A stretch of 64,000 nt of DNA, taken from NCBI GenBank assembly GCA_964482255.1, contig CAYZWV010000001.1:3229-67228 (forward strand). The letters are read 5' to 3'. Within the stretch, counting starts at the first letter, position 1. Each line of letters begins with the position of its first letter. The position numbers were made by a program, and so were the translations under genes. This DNA is from an uncultured Methanocellaceae archaeon (GTDB taxonomy: Archaea; Halobacteriota; UBA148). The notes below the pieces were generated by a model. That model did no database searches, was not told where the DNA came from, and worked only from the letters and a program-made list of their open reading frames with translations. Positions 1-10,266 of the stretch are shown here, in pieces.

Positions 1-1534
1 CAGTCGCCGGTCTGACGGTCTCCATGGCAGATTCTACTTCTTCTTTCGTTATTTTTCCAGAGGCAAAGTACTTTAAATGTGCTGACAACTCTCCTGCATA
101 GTGTGCTGTTAATATATGGTCTGCAATTTTCGCATCCAATTCTACATTTGGCTCATCCATGACAGGGAAAATCAGATCGAACCTAGATAAAAGCGCAGGA
201 GGCATATTGATCTGGTTTGCTATTGGTTCATATTTATCAAATCTACCGTATTTTGGGTTTGCAGCACCGAGCAAAGCGCACCTTGATCGCAATGATGCCA
301 CAACGCCTGCTTTGGCTATGCTGATAGTTTGCTGTTCCATTGCCTCATGCAACGCACTCCGGTCTTCTGACCGCATCTTGTCTATTTCGTCGACTGCGAC
401 GATACCTTTATCTGCCATCACAAGTGCACCTGCTTCAAGGGTCCACCTACCTTCGCCGAACTCATCTTTTACCGCCGCAGCTGTTAGACCAGCAGCGCTC
501 GTACCTTTCCCACTGGTATAGACCCCTCTTGGCGCTAGCTTGGCAACATATCTGAGCAATTGTGATTTGGCTGTACCAGGATCTCCTACGAGGAGGAGAT
601 GAACGTCACCCCTTACTCTAGTGCCATCTGGCAACGATTTGGGTATGCCAGAAAATAATTGAAGTGCCATCGCTTCCTTGATGTCCTCATAGCCGAATAT
701 GGATGGTGCTATGGAGTTGACCATGATTTCATAAATGTTCGGACTTTCTGAAAGCTCAAGAATGGCCTTTTCATCCTCTCTGGAAATTTTCAGCGCCTCG
801 AACTCTTGTTCTTGAATCTCGATGGAGATACCTTCTAAATAGACGTCAAAAAAAGTGCTCTTTCCTGTTGGAATGGTTCTCTGGTATGAATGAAGGATGC
901 CAGTCACGACCACCCTGTCCCCAGGAACTACTTGCCCAGTCAGGTCATCCTCTACGTTTACATCTATGGTCTGTGGTTGTTCCCCCCCTCTCAACTCCTC
1001 TGGAGATTCTTGGATCTGAAGTTTTTGTGCATCTATGAAAGAAGATTCATTAAATACAAGTTTAAATGGACCTTTCCTATTACAGGAATCACATTCGTAG
1101 GGTTCCCTAAATTTAACTTCAGTTTGTAGGACAAGAGTAATGCCGTCACAGATCACGCACTTAAATGCAGCTTCAGTGACCTTAGGGCGAACAGCGGTAG
1201 CTTTGCGAACTATACCCTCTATAGAAATCAACTTTGAGATATTATCGCTTCTTAGATCACGGATGTATATTCTTTCGGGAACCTTGATCACTCTTACATG
1301 TACTCTATCTAGCGATACATCAATGGGAAGGTCAATGATTCTCAAAGCCTCTTCTGCAGCTTGCAATACGTCATGAGGTCTCTCTAAAAAAGAATCAGCT
1401 AAATCGACGTCATATCTCTCGATATCTGGGAACTCGACGATCAGGCTACGTTCATCTGGGTAGGAATTTGCTAATTGAAGGATTTGTTGCTTGTAATATT
1501 GCTTTAAGAATTCCTCCCATTTCGAAACTGGCAT
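1..1534 (-). CDS. mcm: MCM replicative helicase (partial; C-terminal part lies beyond window start)
   Basis: Reverse translation from ATG at 1532-1534 gives MPVSKWEEFLKQYY...SLIVEFPDIERYD (MCM N-terminus). Walker A LLLVGDPGTAKSQLLRYV is seen near 540-600. The frame stays open to position 1. Confidence 0.88.
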   Translation of the reverse strand, partial: MPVSKWEEFLKQYYKQQILQLANSYPDERSLIVEFPDIERYDVDLADSFLERPHDVLQAAEEALRIIDLPIDVSLDRVHVRVIKVPERIYIRDLRSDNISKLISIEGIVRKATAVRPKVTEAAFKCVICDGITLVLQTEVKFREPYECDSCNRKGPFKLVFNESSFIDAQKLQIQESPEELRGGEQPQTIDVNVEDDLTGQVVPGDRVVVTGILHSYQRTIPTGKSTFFDVYLEGISIEIQEQEFEALKISREDEKAILELSESPNIYEIMVNSIAPSIFGYEDIKEAMALQLFSGIPKSLPDGTRVRGDVHLLLVGDPGTAKSQLLRYVAKLAPRGVYTSGKGTSAAGLTAAAVKDEFGEGRWTLEAGALVMADKGIVAVDEIDKMRSEDRSALHEAMEQQTISIAKAGVVASLRSRCALLGAANPKYGRFDKYEPIANQINMPPALLSRFDLIFPVMDEPNVELDAKIADHILTAHYAGELSAHLKYFASGKITKEEVESAMETVRPAT

Positions 1535-1575
1535 ATTAAATTATATGGTTCAAAAACATAAGAAGTTTGCTCTGT

Positions 1576-2124
1576 TCATAACAAACCAAGCCCTTTCAGT
1601 TCTTTTGAGATCTTTTTCACCGCAGCCTCGACGTCTTCTGTTTTCTTTCCACCTGTGATGACCAACTTGCCAGATCCAAATAGCAATACGACCGCCTTGG
1701 GCTCTGATAGCCTATAAACCAATCCAGGAAACTGCTCCGGCTCATATTCGATATTCTCTAAACCCAGTCCGATGGCTATCGCATTTAAGTTAAGCTCAGA
1801 CCCAAGATCAGCAGATGCAACGATGTTCTGGACGATTATCTGGGGCTTTCCTATGACATCAATACCAAGCTCCTTCATCTTTCCAAAGACTATTTGCAAA
1901 CTTCTCTCAACATCATCGATACTTTTGGCTCCTGTGCAAACGATCTTTCCAGATCGAAAAATAAGCGCAGCTGCCTTAGGATTTTTGGTTCTATAAACTA
2001 AGCCGGGAAATTGTTCTGGATCATAATCGGCGCCCTCCAACATATGCGCGACCTCTCTAAGGTCTATTTCTACTCCTATCGCCGTAGACGCCACAACGTT
2101 TTCTATTTTGATTGACTTCACCAA
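1576..2124 (-). CDS. tbp: TATA-box binding protein
   Basis: 182 aa with two imperfect TBP repeats (EQFPGLVYR... twice). Typical archaeal TBP length. Confidence 0.92.
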   Translation of the reverse strand: MVKSIKIENVVASTAIGVEIDLREVAHMLEGADYDPEQFPGLVYRTKNPKAAALIFRSGKIVCTGAKSIDDVERSLQIVFGKMKELGIDVIGKPQIIVQNIVASADLGSELNLNAIAIGLGLENIEYEPEQFPGLVYRLSEPKAVVLLFGSGKLVITGGKKTEDVEAAVKKISKELKGLGLL

Positions 2125-2170
2125 TTATAACACCCAGCATATATAATAGACAGGGGTTTATAAAAGTTGG

Positions 2171-2629
2171 TTATTCTATCCACAACTGAGTATCGATAAC
2201 ATAATTTCTGCCTGTCCGTTTAATCTGTGGAAAATGCATAAGCTCTTCTACCGTAAATCCAACCCCATTTGTAAGATATCTTTTTTTAAGATCTTTCCAT
2301 TTGATTATGTGTGCTCTTATTGGCTTACCTTTCCCGTATCTCAGTTCTACGGCTAGGATTCCTTTTCTACCGGATCTCTGGAGAAAATCGTCTATGCGCT
2401 CTATTTGATCGCTGCCAAAATGTTGAGTGAAATAGAGCGCACCTGTCTTATTTAAAATGCTTTTGCACTCAATTCCAAGATAGTAATCATCTTGCGAGGA
2501 GTCTACGAGCACATCAAGTACTTGAGAGGAAAATCTATGCTGTTTGATCCTATATGCGATAGCATCTATCTGTCTCTGTTCAAAAAAGTTATTGAACGAC
2601 CTCACGATATCACGTTCAAATTTTGTCAT
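2171..2629 (-). CDS. hjc: Holliday junction resolvase Hjc
   Basis: FERDIVR...YLGIECKS...LAVELRYGK matches the archaeal Hjc PD-(D/E)xK pattern, including ECKS. 152 aa. Confidence 0.72.
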   Translation of the reverse strand: MTKFERDIVRSFNNFFEQRQIDAIAYRIKQHRFSSQVLDVLVDSSQDDYYLGIECKSILNKTGALYFTQHFGSDQIERIDDFLQRSGRKGILAVELRYGKGKPIRAHIIKWKDLKKRYLTNGVGFTVEELMHFPQIKRTGRNYVIDTQLWIE

Positions 2630-2828
2630 TTATTTTTACCCAACAAGAGATATATCCTCCGTAATAAAATACCTAATTGGTGTAAATTTGATAAGAGTCA
2701 GCCATCTAAGATTATATTTATCGTGCCCACGCCAAATCTATTTCATTTCTAGGGGACACGAGTTAAGGATAGATAGAGTTGAGTATGTTGAGCATTTATT
2801 ACTCAGAGGACTTGCATTCAAGTTTCCC

Positions 2829-3440
2829 ATGTTAGTCAAAGGGGATATGATATGCGAATTAAGAGTATGGCTAGATAAAATTGCAGATGAACTTACAAGG
2901 AGCTTACCCAAGAAAAAAATTGATGAAGCAATGTCAAGGATCGACATCGATAAGATTTCTGCAGGTCTATCAAGATCTATAGAGGATATGGGCAAAATGC
3001 GTTTGCTTGAGAGAATTATGCCTTGGATGGTGGAACGTCAAATGGACTCAAATCACCTTGGAATGGCTGGACGTCCGGATAAATTAATCCAAATCAATGG
3101 GGAGATCGTTCCATCGCTCATAAAAACTGGTGATAAGCCAGGATACGGTGTCTGGGGATACGACAGGCTACAGCTAACTGCATACGCGATGTTGGTCGAA
3201 GAGGAATTTGAAGTTGACGTGAAATATGGTTTTGTTGAATACGTTCGCTTTGGAGAGTTTCGAGATGCCAAAATAAAAAGTTGGGACCATAAGAAGGTCT
3301 TGCTCATCTTGGATAGGATAAGGAAAATAAGAGATGGAGTACTCCCAGCTAAGTCAAAACGGGCGCCTTGTGACCATTGTGAATTTGTTGACATGTGCAA
3401 TACGAGAAAGTCATTGCTTTCTAAATTCTTTGGTGAGTAG
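2829..3440 (+). CDS. Cas4-like / DUF83 RecB-family nuclease with 4-Cys cluster (solo, no CRISPR nearby)
   Basis: One N-terminal Cys (DMICELRVW) and a C-terminal CDHCEFVDMC triad. GRPD and QLTAY motifs are typical of the Cas4 PD-(D/E)xK fold. Start chosen at the in-frame ATG at 2829; the upstream part of the six-frame ORF looks non-coding. Confidence 0.58.
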   Translation: MLVKGDMICELRVWLDKIADELTRSLPKKKIDEAMSRIDIDKISAGLSRSIEDMGKMRLLERIMPWMVERQMDSNHLGMAGRPDKLIQINGEIVPSLIKTGDKPGYGVWGYDRLQLTAYAMLVEEEFEVDVKYGFVEYVRFGEFRDAKIKSWDHKKVLLILDRIRKIRDGVLPAKSKRAPCDHCEFVDMCNTRKSLLSKFFGE

Positions 3441-3441
3441 C

Positions 3442-4686
3442 ATGACGCAGATTGAAGAGGCTAAATCAGGCGAGATAACGAGAGAGATGGCCGATGTTGC
3501 TCTTCATGAGAATGTTGCGGCTGAGGTCGTACGTGAGTGCATTGCTAGTGGTGAGATCGTTATCATGAAAAGTCATAAATCCAAAACGTTGGGGATAGGT
3601 AAAGGACTGCTAACGAAGGTCAACGTAAATATAGGCACTTCATCGGTTGCGATCGATCCTGATGCTGAGGTCAGGAAGGCTGTGATTGCTGTTGAGCATG
3701 GAGCAGATACCGTATCCGATCTGTCAATGGGTGGCGATATAGACGAGATCAGAAGGGCAGTTTCCGATGCAGTCTCAGTTCCATTAACGACCGTGCCGAT
3801 TTACCAGACGGCTGCTGAGAATGGCTCATTTCATGAAATAGGCCAAGACGATCTCGTCAGTAACATAAAAAAGCAAGTTCAACAGGGTGTGAGTTCAGTA
3901 GTCATCCATGCAGGTTTCACTTGGGACACACTTACTTCATTGAAAAAAGCCTCTCGTACCATGGGAATGGTATCAAAAGGAGGATCATTTACGGCAGCAT
4001 GGATGATAGCGCACAAGAAGGAGAATCCTTTTTTGGAGCCATACGATGAGATCTTAGAAATACTTCTAAAAAGAGATGTCGTTCTTTCTTTGGGCAATGC
4101 CATGCGAAGTGGATGCGTTCATGATTTGATCGATAAACCACAGCTATCAGAGATTCAGAAGAATGCAGAGCTAGCAAGACGTGCCAATGATATGGGTGTG
4201 CAGACGATTGTTGAAGGTATGGGGGGCCATGTTCCTGTAAAAGAGATCGTTACATACGTTAAATACCATAAAAAGGTCTCTGGCAATAGACCTCTCTTTG
4301 TTTCCGGTCCTCTTCCCACAGACATCGCAGTTGGCTATGATCACATAGCTGCCTGTGTTGGCGCTAGCATTGCCAGTGGATCCGGTGCAGACTATCTTTG
4401 TGCTATAACTCCGTCTGAACATCTTGCCCTTCCTGACATAGAACATGTTCGTGAAGGGACTATCGCTTTTCGCATTGCAGCCCATATAGGTGACTCGATG
4501 AAATATGGTCTCTCTGATCGAGATTTACACCTATCTAGTATGCGAAGTCATCGCAACTGGGAAGGTCAGTTCAAATTTGCCCTTGATGGGGAGAAGGCAA
4601 GAAAACTACATTCAACGGGGGAAACATGCACGATGTGCGGAGATTTTTGCGCTCTAAGAATAATGAAGAAGTACCTTGGCCATTGA
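3442..4686 (+). CDS. thiC: Phosphomethylpyrimidine synthase ThiC
   Basis: LSMGGD motif and C-terminal CTMCGDFCALR radical-SAM-like cluster typical of ThiC. Start at the ATG directly after the upstream stop codon. Confidence 0.9.
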   Translation: MTQIEEAKSGEITREMADVALHENVAAEVVRECIASGEIVIMKSHKSKTLGIGKGLLTKVNVNIGTSSVAIDPDAEVRKAVIAVEHGADTVSDLSMGGDIDEIRRAVSDAVSVPLTTVPIYQTAAENGSFHEIGQDDLVSNIKKQVQQGVSSVVIHAGFTWDTLTSLKKASRTMGMVSKGGSFTAAWMIAHKKENPFLEPYDEILEILLKRDVVLSLGNAMRSGCVHDLIDKPQLSEIQKNAELARRANDMGVQTIVEGMGGHVPVKEIVTYVKYHKKVSGNRPLFVSGPLPTDIAVGYDHIAACVGASIASGSGADYLCAITPSEHLALPDIEHVREGTIAFRIAAHIGDSMKYGLSDRDLHLSSMRSHRNWEGQFKFALDGEKARKLHSTGETCTMCGDFCALRIMKKYLGH

Positions 4687-4965
4687 GTACAAGAGACGCA
4701 TTAATTTGCCATACTAATAAATCCTACCGAGAAATTTTGATGTCAATTAAATGTTCTAAAACTTTGTCAAAGATTAAAAAATTACCACATTACCCAAAAC
4801 TACCCAGTTTACTAGCGAAAGTTGCATGGAAGAGCTCTTCTGGTTTTATATACTCCGAACTCTCATAAGGTACTCAGAGGGGTTAAATGATATGATCGTC
4901 TTAGAAAAGATTTTGAATTTAGAAACAGCAAAAATCATTAATTGATGTTACCGGAAAAATTGAGT

Positions 4966-5376
4966 TTATCGGAAAATTTTTGATTTGAACTTAGATCCGA
5001 TGTACTTAACAGCCTCCTGCTTGATCATATCTTCGATTTCAGGCTCATGCCCCTCTTCGATTTCAGGCTCATGCCCCTCTTCGAAATCATCAGGTTCACT
5101 AGTTTTTTCCTTTGGTACTACATTCTGTTCGGGCGATATAGGGCCCTCTATAGGGGATTTCATAGCGGACTCTATGGTAGATTGAATGGGATCCTGTATT
5201 GAAGACTGAATCTCTGATGTAAAATCACTTTTGATCTTCTCTAACTCCTTTTCAGCCTTATTAACCTCACCAAGAGCTTTCCCCACGTCTTTGGCGATGC
5301 TAGGAAGTTTACTACTACCAAATATAAGTGCAGCTACACCCAATATTATCATTAATTCTGTTGTTCCTATCATCAC
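4966..5376 (-). CDS. tatA: Sec-independent translocase TatA/E with acidic repeat tail
   Basis: N-terminal TM plus amphipathic helix (ELMIILGVAALIFGSSKLPSIAKDVGKALGE). C-terminal acidic region contains EEGHEPEI twice. Confidence 0.8.
   Translation of the reverse strand: MMIGTTELMIILGVAALIFGSSKLPSIAKDVGKALGEVNKAEKELEKIKSDFTSEIQSSIQDPIQSTIESAMKSPIEGPISPEQNVVPKEKTSEPDDFEEGHEPEIEEGHEPEIEDMIKQEAVKYIGSKFKSKIFR
5043..5090. repeat. Perfect 24-nt tandem duplication inside tatA (encodes EEGHEPEI x2)
   Basis: tcttcgatttcaggctcatgcccc occurs twice back to back. Confidence 0.8.
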
Positions 5377-5409
5377 ATCACCATTAGTATATAATTGTCT
5401 TTTCTCTAT

Positions 5410-6054
5410 TTAAAACATACGAGATTGATCATATCTTTTTAATGCATTCTTGGCAGTCTTCCAAGAATGGCGCACAAAAGATGGCAAAGAATGGTGCTCT
5501 TTGATCCAATCATCTAGAAAATACCTTGTGCGGATATCAGATGGATAACCGGAACCGATTTTTTTTTCCAAGAGACGTTCCAGTTCCTGCACTGTTTCAT
5601 CCCGCCTTACTTTTGCGATAATTGAAGCTGCAGAAACAATTGGATATTTCACGTCTGCATTGTGTTCTGAAACGATCTTTATGCTTTTGTCATATCTGTC
5701 CTGTACGTTCTTTGCAAATCTATCAGCATCCACATCAGCCGCATCTAGGAAAGCTTTGTCTGGTTTTAACTGTTTGAGTACTTTAACATAGCTTTCTACG
5801 ACGATTTCGTTCATAGTTATTCTCTTCCGAAGAGCATCTATCTCACTAGATGAAACCTCAAGTGTATAACAAATTCCAACTTCTCTGATCTTGCTCGCCA
5901 AAAAATCTCTTTTTTTTGGTGAAATGGCTTTAGAGTCTCTAACTCCCATTCTTTCCAACATCGGAAGCATGTCCTCTTGCACCATGACCCCTGCAACGAC
6001 CATGGGTCCTATTACTGGTCCCTTACCCGCCTCATCAACCCCAACAACTTTCAT
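5410..6054 (-). CDS. rnhB: Ribonuclease HII
   Basis: MKVVGVDEAGKGPVIGPMVVAGV N-terminus, characteristic of RNase HII. Confidence 0.9.
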   Translation of the reverse strand: MKVVGVDEAGKGPVIGPMVVAGVMVQEDMLPMLERMGVRDSKAISPKKRDFLASKIREVGICYTLEVSSSEIDALRKRITMNEIVVESYVKVLKQLKPDKAFLDAADVDADRFAKNVQDRYDKSIKIVSEHNADVKYPIVSAASIIAKVRRDETVQELERLLEKKIGSGYPSDIRTRYFLDDWIKEHHSLPSFVRHSWKTAKNALKRYDQSRMF

Positions 6055-6717
6055 TTATTTTTTCCCTAAGATCATCTTTTTTAACTCATCAACGTGTTCA
6101 GCGGTGGTGAGAGCAACAATGAGATCATGCGCTTCCATCACAGTTCTGCCCCTTGGAAAAATCAAGTGACCATGCCTGATAATTGCAGTAAGAATGCATT
6201 CATCTGGTAGACAAAGGTCTTTGATTGTCCTATTGATCGCAGGTGAGTCTTCTGGCATATGAAGCTCCACCAACTCAACATTGCCCTCTCTTAGGGTCAA
6301 AAGCGTTGTTAATTCCCCAGAAGTAACAGCATTCTTTATAATCATCGATACTGCTGTTACAGAACTGATCGCAACATCGATTCCTAAACTCTCAAAAACA
6401 GATTCATTTTTTGGCTCGTTAACCCTCGCTATGGTAAGGGGAACGTCGAAGTTCTTCTTGGCCATTTGACAAGAGACAAGATTAACTTTGTCCTCTCCAG
6501 TGACGGCAACAAATACATCTGCTTTTTTCGCTCCTGCATCCTCTATATCTTTTGCATCAGTTCCATCGCCGTTGATGACCAAAATGTCAAGTTTTTCCGC
6601 TAAACTCTGGCAAATCTCTTTGTCGGATTCTATCAAAGCAACTTCTTCCCCTTCTTTGGAAAGTGTCCGGGCGAGAAAATTGCCAATTCTTCCTCCGCCA
6701 ACTATCAAAATGTACAT
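6055..6717 (-). CDS. trkA: Trk potassium uptake NAD-binding subunit TrkA (copy 1)
   Basis: ILIVGGGRIG Rossmann motif plus RCK C-terminal domain. Confidence 0.85.
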   Translation of the reverse strand: MYILIVGGGRIGNFLARTLSKEGEEVALIESDKEICQSLAEKLDILVINGDGTDAKDIEDAGAKKADVFVAVTGEDKVNLVSCQMAKKNFDVPLTIARVNEPKNESVFESLGIDVAISSVTAVSMIIKNAVTSGELTTLLTLREGNVELVELHMPEDSPAINRTIKDLCLPDECILTAIIRHGHLIFPRGRTVMEAHDLIVALTTAEHVDELKKMILGKK

Positions 6718-6737
6718 GGTTAGATACACCTATTTAA

Positions 6738-8219
6738 TTAAGAACGCTTAATTATGTTGGCCAATAGTATCATTACTGGAAATATTTCAAGCCTACCCAT
6801 CCACATGGCAAGGATCAAGGTAATCTTTTCAACGAGTAGCAGGCTAGGAGTGGTTAGCCCAACCGACAGTCCGACATTGCCCTGTGCAGATGCGATCACG
6901 AAGAAGGAGTTTGCCATGGAATGGCCATGTGCCATAAATACTGTTGCACAGAGTGTGAGGATGAAAAGATAAACAAATGCGTATAATCCTGCCATCGTTA
7001 TCTCCTCCTCTTTTATGACAGTTCTGCCGACTTTAAGTGGTACAATAGCTGACCTCGGCAGGAAATCTTTTTTCACTAACCATATAATCGATTTTAAAAG
7101 TATGGCACACCTAATGAGCTTTAGAGCAGAGGAAGTGGAGCCATAACCCCCGCCCATAATCATTGGGATGATAATCAATATTTTTGAGAAATCACTCCAT
7201 TGCGCCATGTTTTTTGCATTAGTAAATCCCGTACCAGTTAACGCAGAGATTACGTTGAATGATGCTATCCTAAAGTTTTTTAGTTCTAATGTAAGTAAAA
7301 GTGTCAAAGCCAATAACGTCAAAGCCATCAATATGATCTCTGGGCTTCGAACGATCTCACGAAATTTTAGCTCGATCAATTTTTTATGAAGAGCAAAGCT
7401 GATGGCGCCAAAAACCATAATTGGGATTAGCATAAGCTCTACTGCAACACTATCATAGGATGCAATGCTTAGGTTTTTTATAGAGAAACCGCCTGTCGCT
7501 AATCCAGTCATGGTGTGGTTTATAGAATCCCATAATGGCATGCCTACAACCCAAAGCAATATTATTCCTATAATAGTGTAAGCGACATAGATCTTCCATA
7601 TCCAACGCGCTGTATTGATGATACTTGGTTCGACTCTTTCTGCCCGCCCCTCTGCAGTGTATAACCCCCTTGCAGCTCCACCAACTCCATGAACCATTAT
7701 CGCTATGAACAGGACTATAACTCCTACCCCCCCTATCCATTGCGTCAAGCTACGCCAGAACAAAATGGATTGATATCCAGATGCCAACCATTCAATTCCT
7801 GTTGGGGATGAAAACATCGTTAGTCCCGTTCCTGTAAAACCAGACATACCCTCGAACAACGCATCTGCTAATGGTAGAACTCCGCATAACTTATAAGGCA
7901 AAGCACCAAAAGTCGCCAGAGTTATCCAAGTAAGTGCAGAAATTACCATTGCCCTTCGAAGGTTCAATTCTTCCGGCGATGTAACTTTTCTTAGGATATA
8001 TCCTATAAACAAAGAGATCATAGAAACAGTCATAAAAGATAGGATCACATGGAATCCGTCTTTAAAATATAGAGCTACAATTATAGGAATGGCTACAAGC
8101 ACGCCAAAAAGCTGCAACATTAGTCCGATATAATGTAAAGCGGTCCCTGCATCTCCTTTTATCATTCGATCATCCTTCAATGGGGCTATTTCACCTACAT
8201 AAAATGTTCCTGACTTCAT
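6738..8219 (-). CDS. trkH: Trk potassium transporter membrane subunit TrkH
   Basis: 493-aa polytopic membrane protein with TrkH/KtrB-like repeated M-P-M segments. True start may be the internal Met 18 codons downstream. Confidence 0.82.
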   Translation of the reverse strand: MKSGTFYVGEIAPLKDDRMIKGDAGTALHYIGLMLQLFGVLVAIPIIVALYFKDGFHVILSFMTVSMISLFIGYILRKVTSPEELNLRRAMVISALTWITLATFGALPYKLCGVLPLADALFEGMSGFTGTGLTMFSSPTGIEWLASGYQSILFWRSLTQWIGGVGVIVLFIAIMVHGVGGAARGLYTAEGRAERVEPSIINTARWIWKIYVAYTIIGIILLWVVGMPLWDSINHTMTGLATGGFSIKNLSIASYDSVAVELMLIPIMVFGAISFALHKKLIELKFREIVRSPEIILMALTLLALTLLLTLELKNFRIASFNVISALTGTGFTNAKNMAQWSDFSKILIIIPMIMGGGYGSTSSALKLIRCAILLKSIIWLVKKDFLPRSAIVPLKVGRTVIKEEEITMAGLYAFVYLFILTLCATVFMAHGHSMANSFFVIASAQGNVGLSVGLTTPSLLLVEKITLILAMWMGRLEIFPVMILLANIIKRS

Positions 8220-8841
8220 CAGAGATGCCAGATAGGTTTACCACGACCGCAACATCACATTCTTGGATTATCGTATCTCCAGAAGGGATCAAAGTCTCTC
8301 TATCTCTTATAATTGCTGCTACAGTGGACTCTTTTGGCAAATTTAGTTCTTTCAATGATTTGCCAACGGCTGAGCCCTTGACCTGCATCTCATTGATCTC
8401 GATATTTCCACCAGTTACCGTCAGGATCGTAATCAAGTCAGGATGCATAACAGCATTTCTAAGGTGTGCTGCTGCTATTGTTGTAGGACATACGATAGCA
8501 TCTATCTTAAGCTCCTTGAAGAGACTTTCTCTTTTTGGATCATTTACCCGAGCTATGACTCTAGGTACTTTAAACACTTCTTTTGCGATCTGGCAAGCCA
8601 TCAAATTCGTGTTGTCATCCTCTGTCGTCGCAATAAAAACGTCAGCTTTATCTATTCCAGCCTTTTTCAGAACGTCTTGGTCGGTCCCATCTCCTTCTAT
8701 GGTTAGCCCATCAAAACTTTGGTCGAGATCTTCGAACTTCGTCAAATCTTTTTCCAAGACGACTACGTTATTTTCATTAGATGATAATAATTGGGCAAGA
8801 CGGCTTCCTATATTTCCACATCCAACTATTATCGCATACAT
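8191..8841 (-). CDS. trkA: Trk potassium uptake NAD-binding subunit TrkA (copy 2)
   Basis: IIVGCGNIG Rossmann motif plus RCK_C. Paralogous to 6055-6717. Confidence 0.85.
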   Translation of the reverse strand: MYAIIVGCGNIGSRLAQLLSSNENNVVVLEKDLTKFEDLDQSFDGLTIEGDGTDQDVLKKAGIDKADVFIATTEDDNTNLMACQIAKEVFKVPRVIARVNDPKRESLFKELKIDAIVCPTTIAAAHLRNAVMHPDLITILTVTGGNIEINEMQVKGSAVGKSLKELNLPKESTVAAIIRDRETLIPSGDTIIQECDVAVVVNLSGISDEVRNILCR

Positions 8842-8869
8842 AGTCTATCCACCTTTAACTAACAACTGT

Positions 8870-10036
8870 TTATAACAAGGATCTTAAACCCCAAAGTAGC
8901 TTTGGATTGCGCATGATCAACGCTTTCAGCAACCCAAATACTGTAAGCTCCTCGAAGTTAATTCCTCTTATGGAGGAGGCGAGAGAGTCCCATTCAGCGT
9001 CACTCAATTTTAAAAGCAATTCTTTGGCCTTGTATGATTTCTGTAGTGTTGGACCAATGGTTGATATCCAGCGTCTTTCATACTCACTCAGGCATTCAAC
9101 GGAAGAATTTCCTGCCTTTACAGCCATCGATGCAACTTCGGCAGCAATCTCCCCAGATTTCATAGCATGAATAATTCCTCCGCCTGTAAGAGAGTCAGAC
9201 ATCCTAGCCGCATCACCCACGAGCATTAGTCCGTTTGTAGTAGTCTTGGTTGGAACGGTGACAGGTACTCCTCCCACGATCATTTCAATGGTTTTTCCTT
9301 CTGGGTATTTTCTCTCTACGAAACGTTTTAGATATTCGATAGGAGGTACCTCTGCTCTACTTCCCGATATTCCAAGGCCAACGTTTGCCTCGTTATTCCC
9401 TTTGGGAAAAACCCATGCATACCCCCCAGGTGCAATTTGGTTCCCTATATAGAACTCGCAGTAATCTGGATCAATGTCAACGTCAGTCATCAGAAATTGA
9501 GCGCAGGTTTCGATGTCCTTGGGTTTAAGGTTCGTGTTGATGCCTGCCCACCTTCCTACTTTGCTTTCAACGCCATCTGCACCAATCACGATGTCAGCAT
9601 GAATATCCAACGAATCTCCGAGATTTTCTGCTTTGACACCTCTAACGAACCCGTCCTCTTTAATCAAATCGATTGCCCTTGTTCTTACCATTACTTCTGC
9701 GCCTGCTTTTGCTGCCTGCTTTGCAAGCTCTCGGTCAAATATCTTTCGTTCGAGAACATAGCCAACTTCTGGGCCGAACTCTGACATCTCGATCTTTATG
9801 CCTCCAGGAGAGTATATCCTCGCTCCTTTGACATCAGCAGCAATCCAATGCTTATCAGGTTTTATGAATTGCTTTAATCCTTCTTTGCCCACCCCTTCTG
9901 CACATCTAACTGGGTTGCCGATTTCTGCCCTCTTTTCCATTAAGAGTGTCTCTAAATCATGTTCAGCGGCAGTCTTTGCTGCTATAGATCCTGCAGGACC
10001 AGCACCAACTACGATTACGTCATAGTGATCTCTCAT
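8870..10036 (-). CDS. Digeranylgeranylglycerophospholipid (geranylgeranyl) reductase
   Basis: YDVIVVGAGPAGS FAD motif plus the GGR family signature, 388 aa. Confidence 0.88.
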   Translation of the reverse strand: MRDHYDVIVVGAGPAGSIAAKTAAEHDLETLLMEKRAEIGNPVRCAEGVGKEGLKQFIKPDKHWIAADVKGARIYSPGGIKIEMSEFGPEVGYVLERKIFDRELAKQAAKAGAEVMVRTRAIDLIKEDGFVRGVKAENLGDSLDIHADIVIGADGVESKVGRWAGINTNLKPKDIETCAQFLMTDVDIDPDYCEFYIGNQIAPGGYAWVFPKGNNEANVGLGISGSRAEVPPIEYLKRFVERKYPEGKTIEMIVGGVPVTVPTKTTTNGLMLVGDAARMSDSLTGGGIIHAMKSGEIAAEVASMAVKAGNSSVECLSEYERRWISTIGPTLQKSYKAKELLLKLSDAEWDSLASSIRGINFEELTVFGLLKALIMRNPKLLWGLRSLL

Positions 10037-10266
10037 TTTACACCCTCAAGTGCTCCAACTGGACATATCTTAGCGCAAACGCCGCAATCGTTGCAATCTT
10101 CATTGATCTTAACCCATGTATCAATAAGCTCGATTGCGCCCATAGGGCAGACAGCAACGCATGCCCCACAGTACAAGCATTTATGTTTATTGACGATCAC
10201 ACCTCCGACTACATCATGTCGATATTTAAGTTTTTTGAAGTATAAGCTAATGCTTGATTGCACCAA
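10033..10266 (-). CDS. 2x[4Fe-4S] ferredoxin, partner of geranylgeranyl reductase
   Basis: Two CxxCxxCxxxCP motifs. The 4-nt overlap with the GGR gene start indicates an operon. Confidence 0.8.
   Translation of the reverse strand: MVQSSISLYFKKLKYRHDVVGGVIVNKHKCLYCGACVAVCPMGAIELIDTWVKINEDCNDCGVCAKICPVGALEGVK

Noticed and set aside
2544-2828. N-terminal 95 codons of the six-frame ORF containing the Cas4-like gene
   Set aside because: Region overlaps the hjc 5' end and promoter. Translation is Ile/Tyr/Leu-rich without motifs. The Cas4-like domain begins near 2829, so the start was moved.
8180-8875. 231-aa plus-strand ORF
   Set aside because: Fully antisense to the TrkA copy-2 gene. Ser/Thr/Ile-rich translation with no motifs. 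Judged a shadow ORF.
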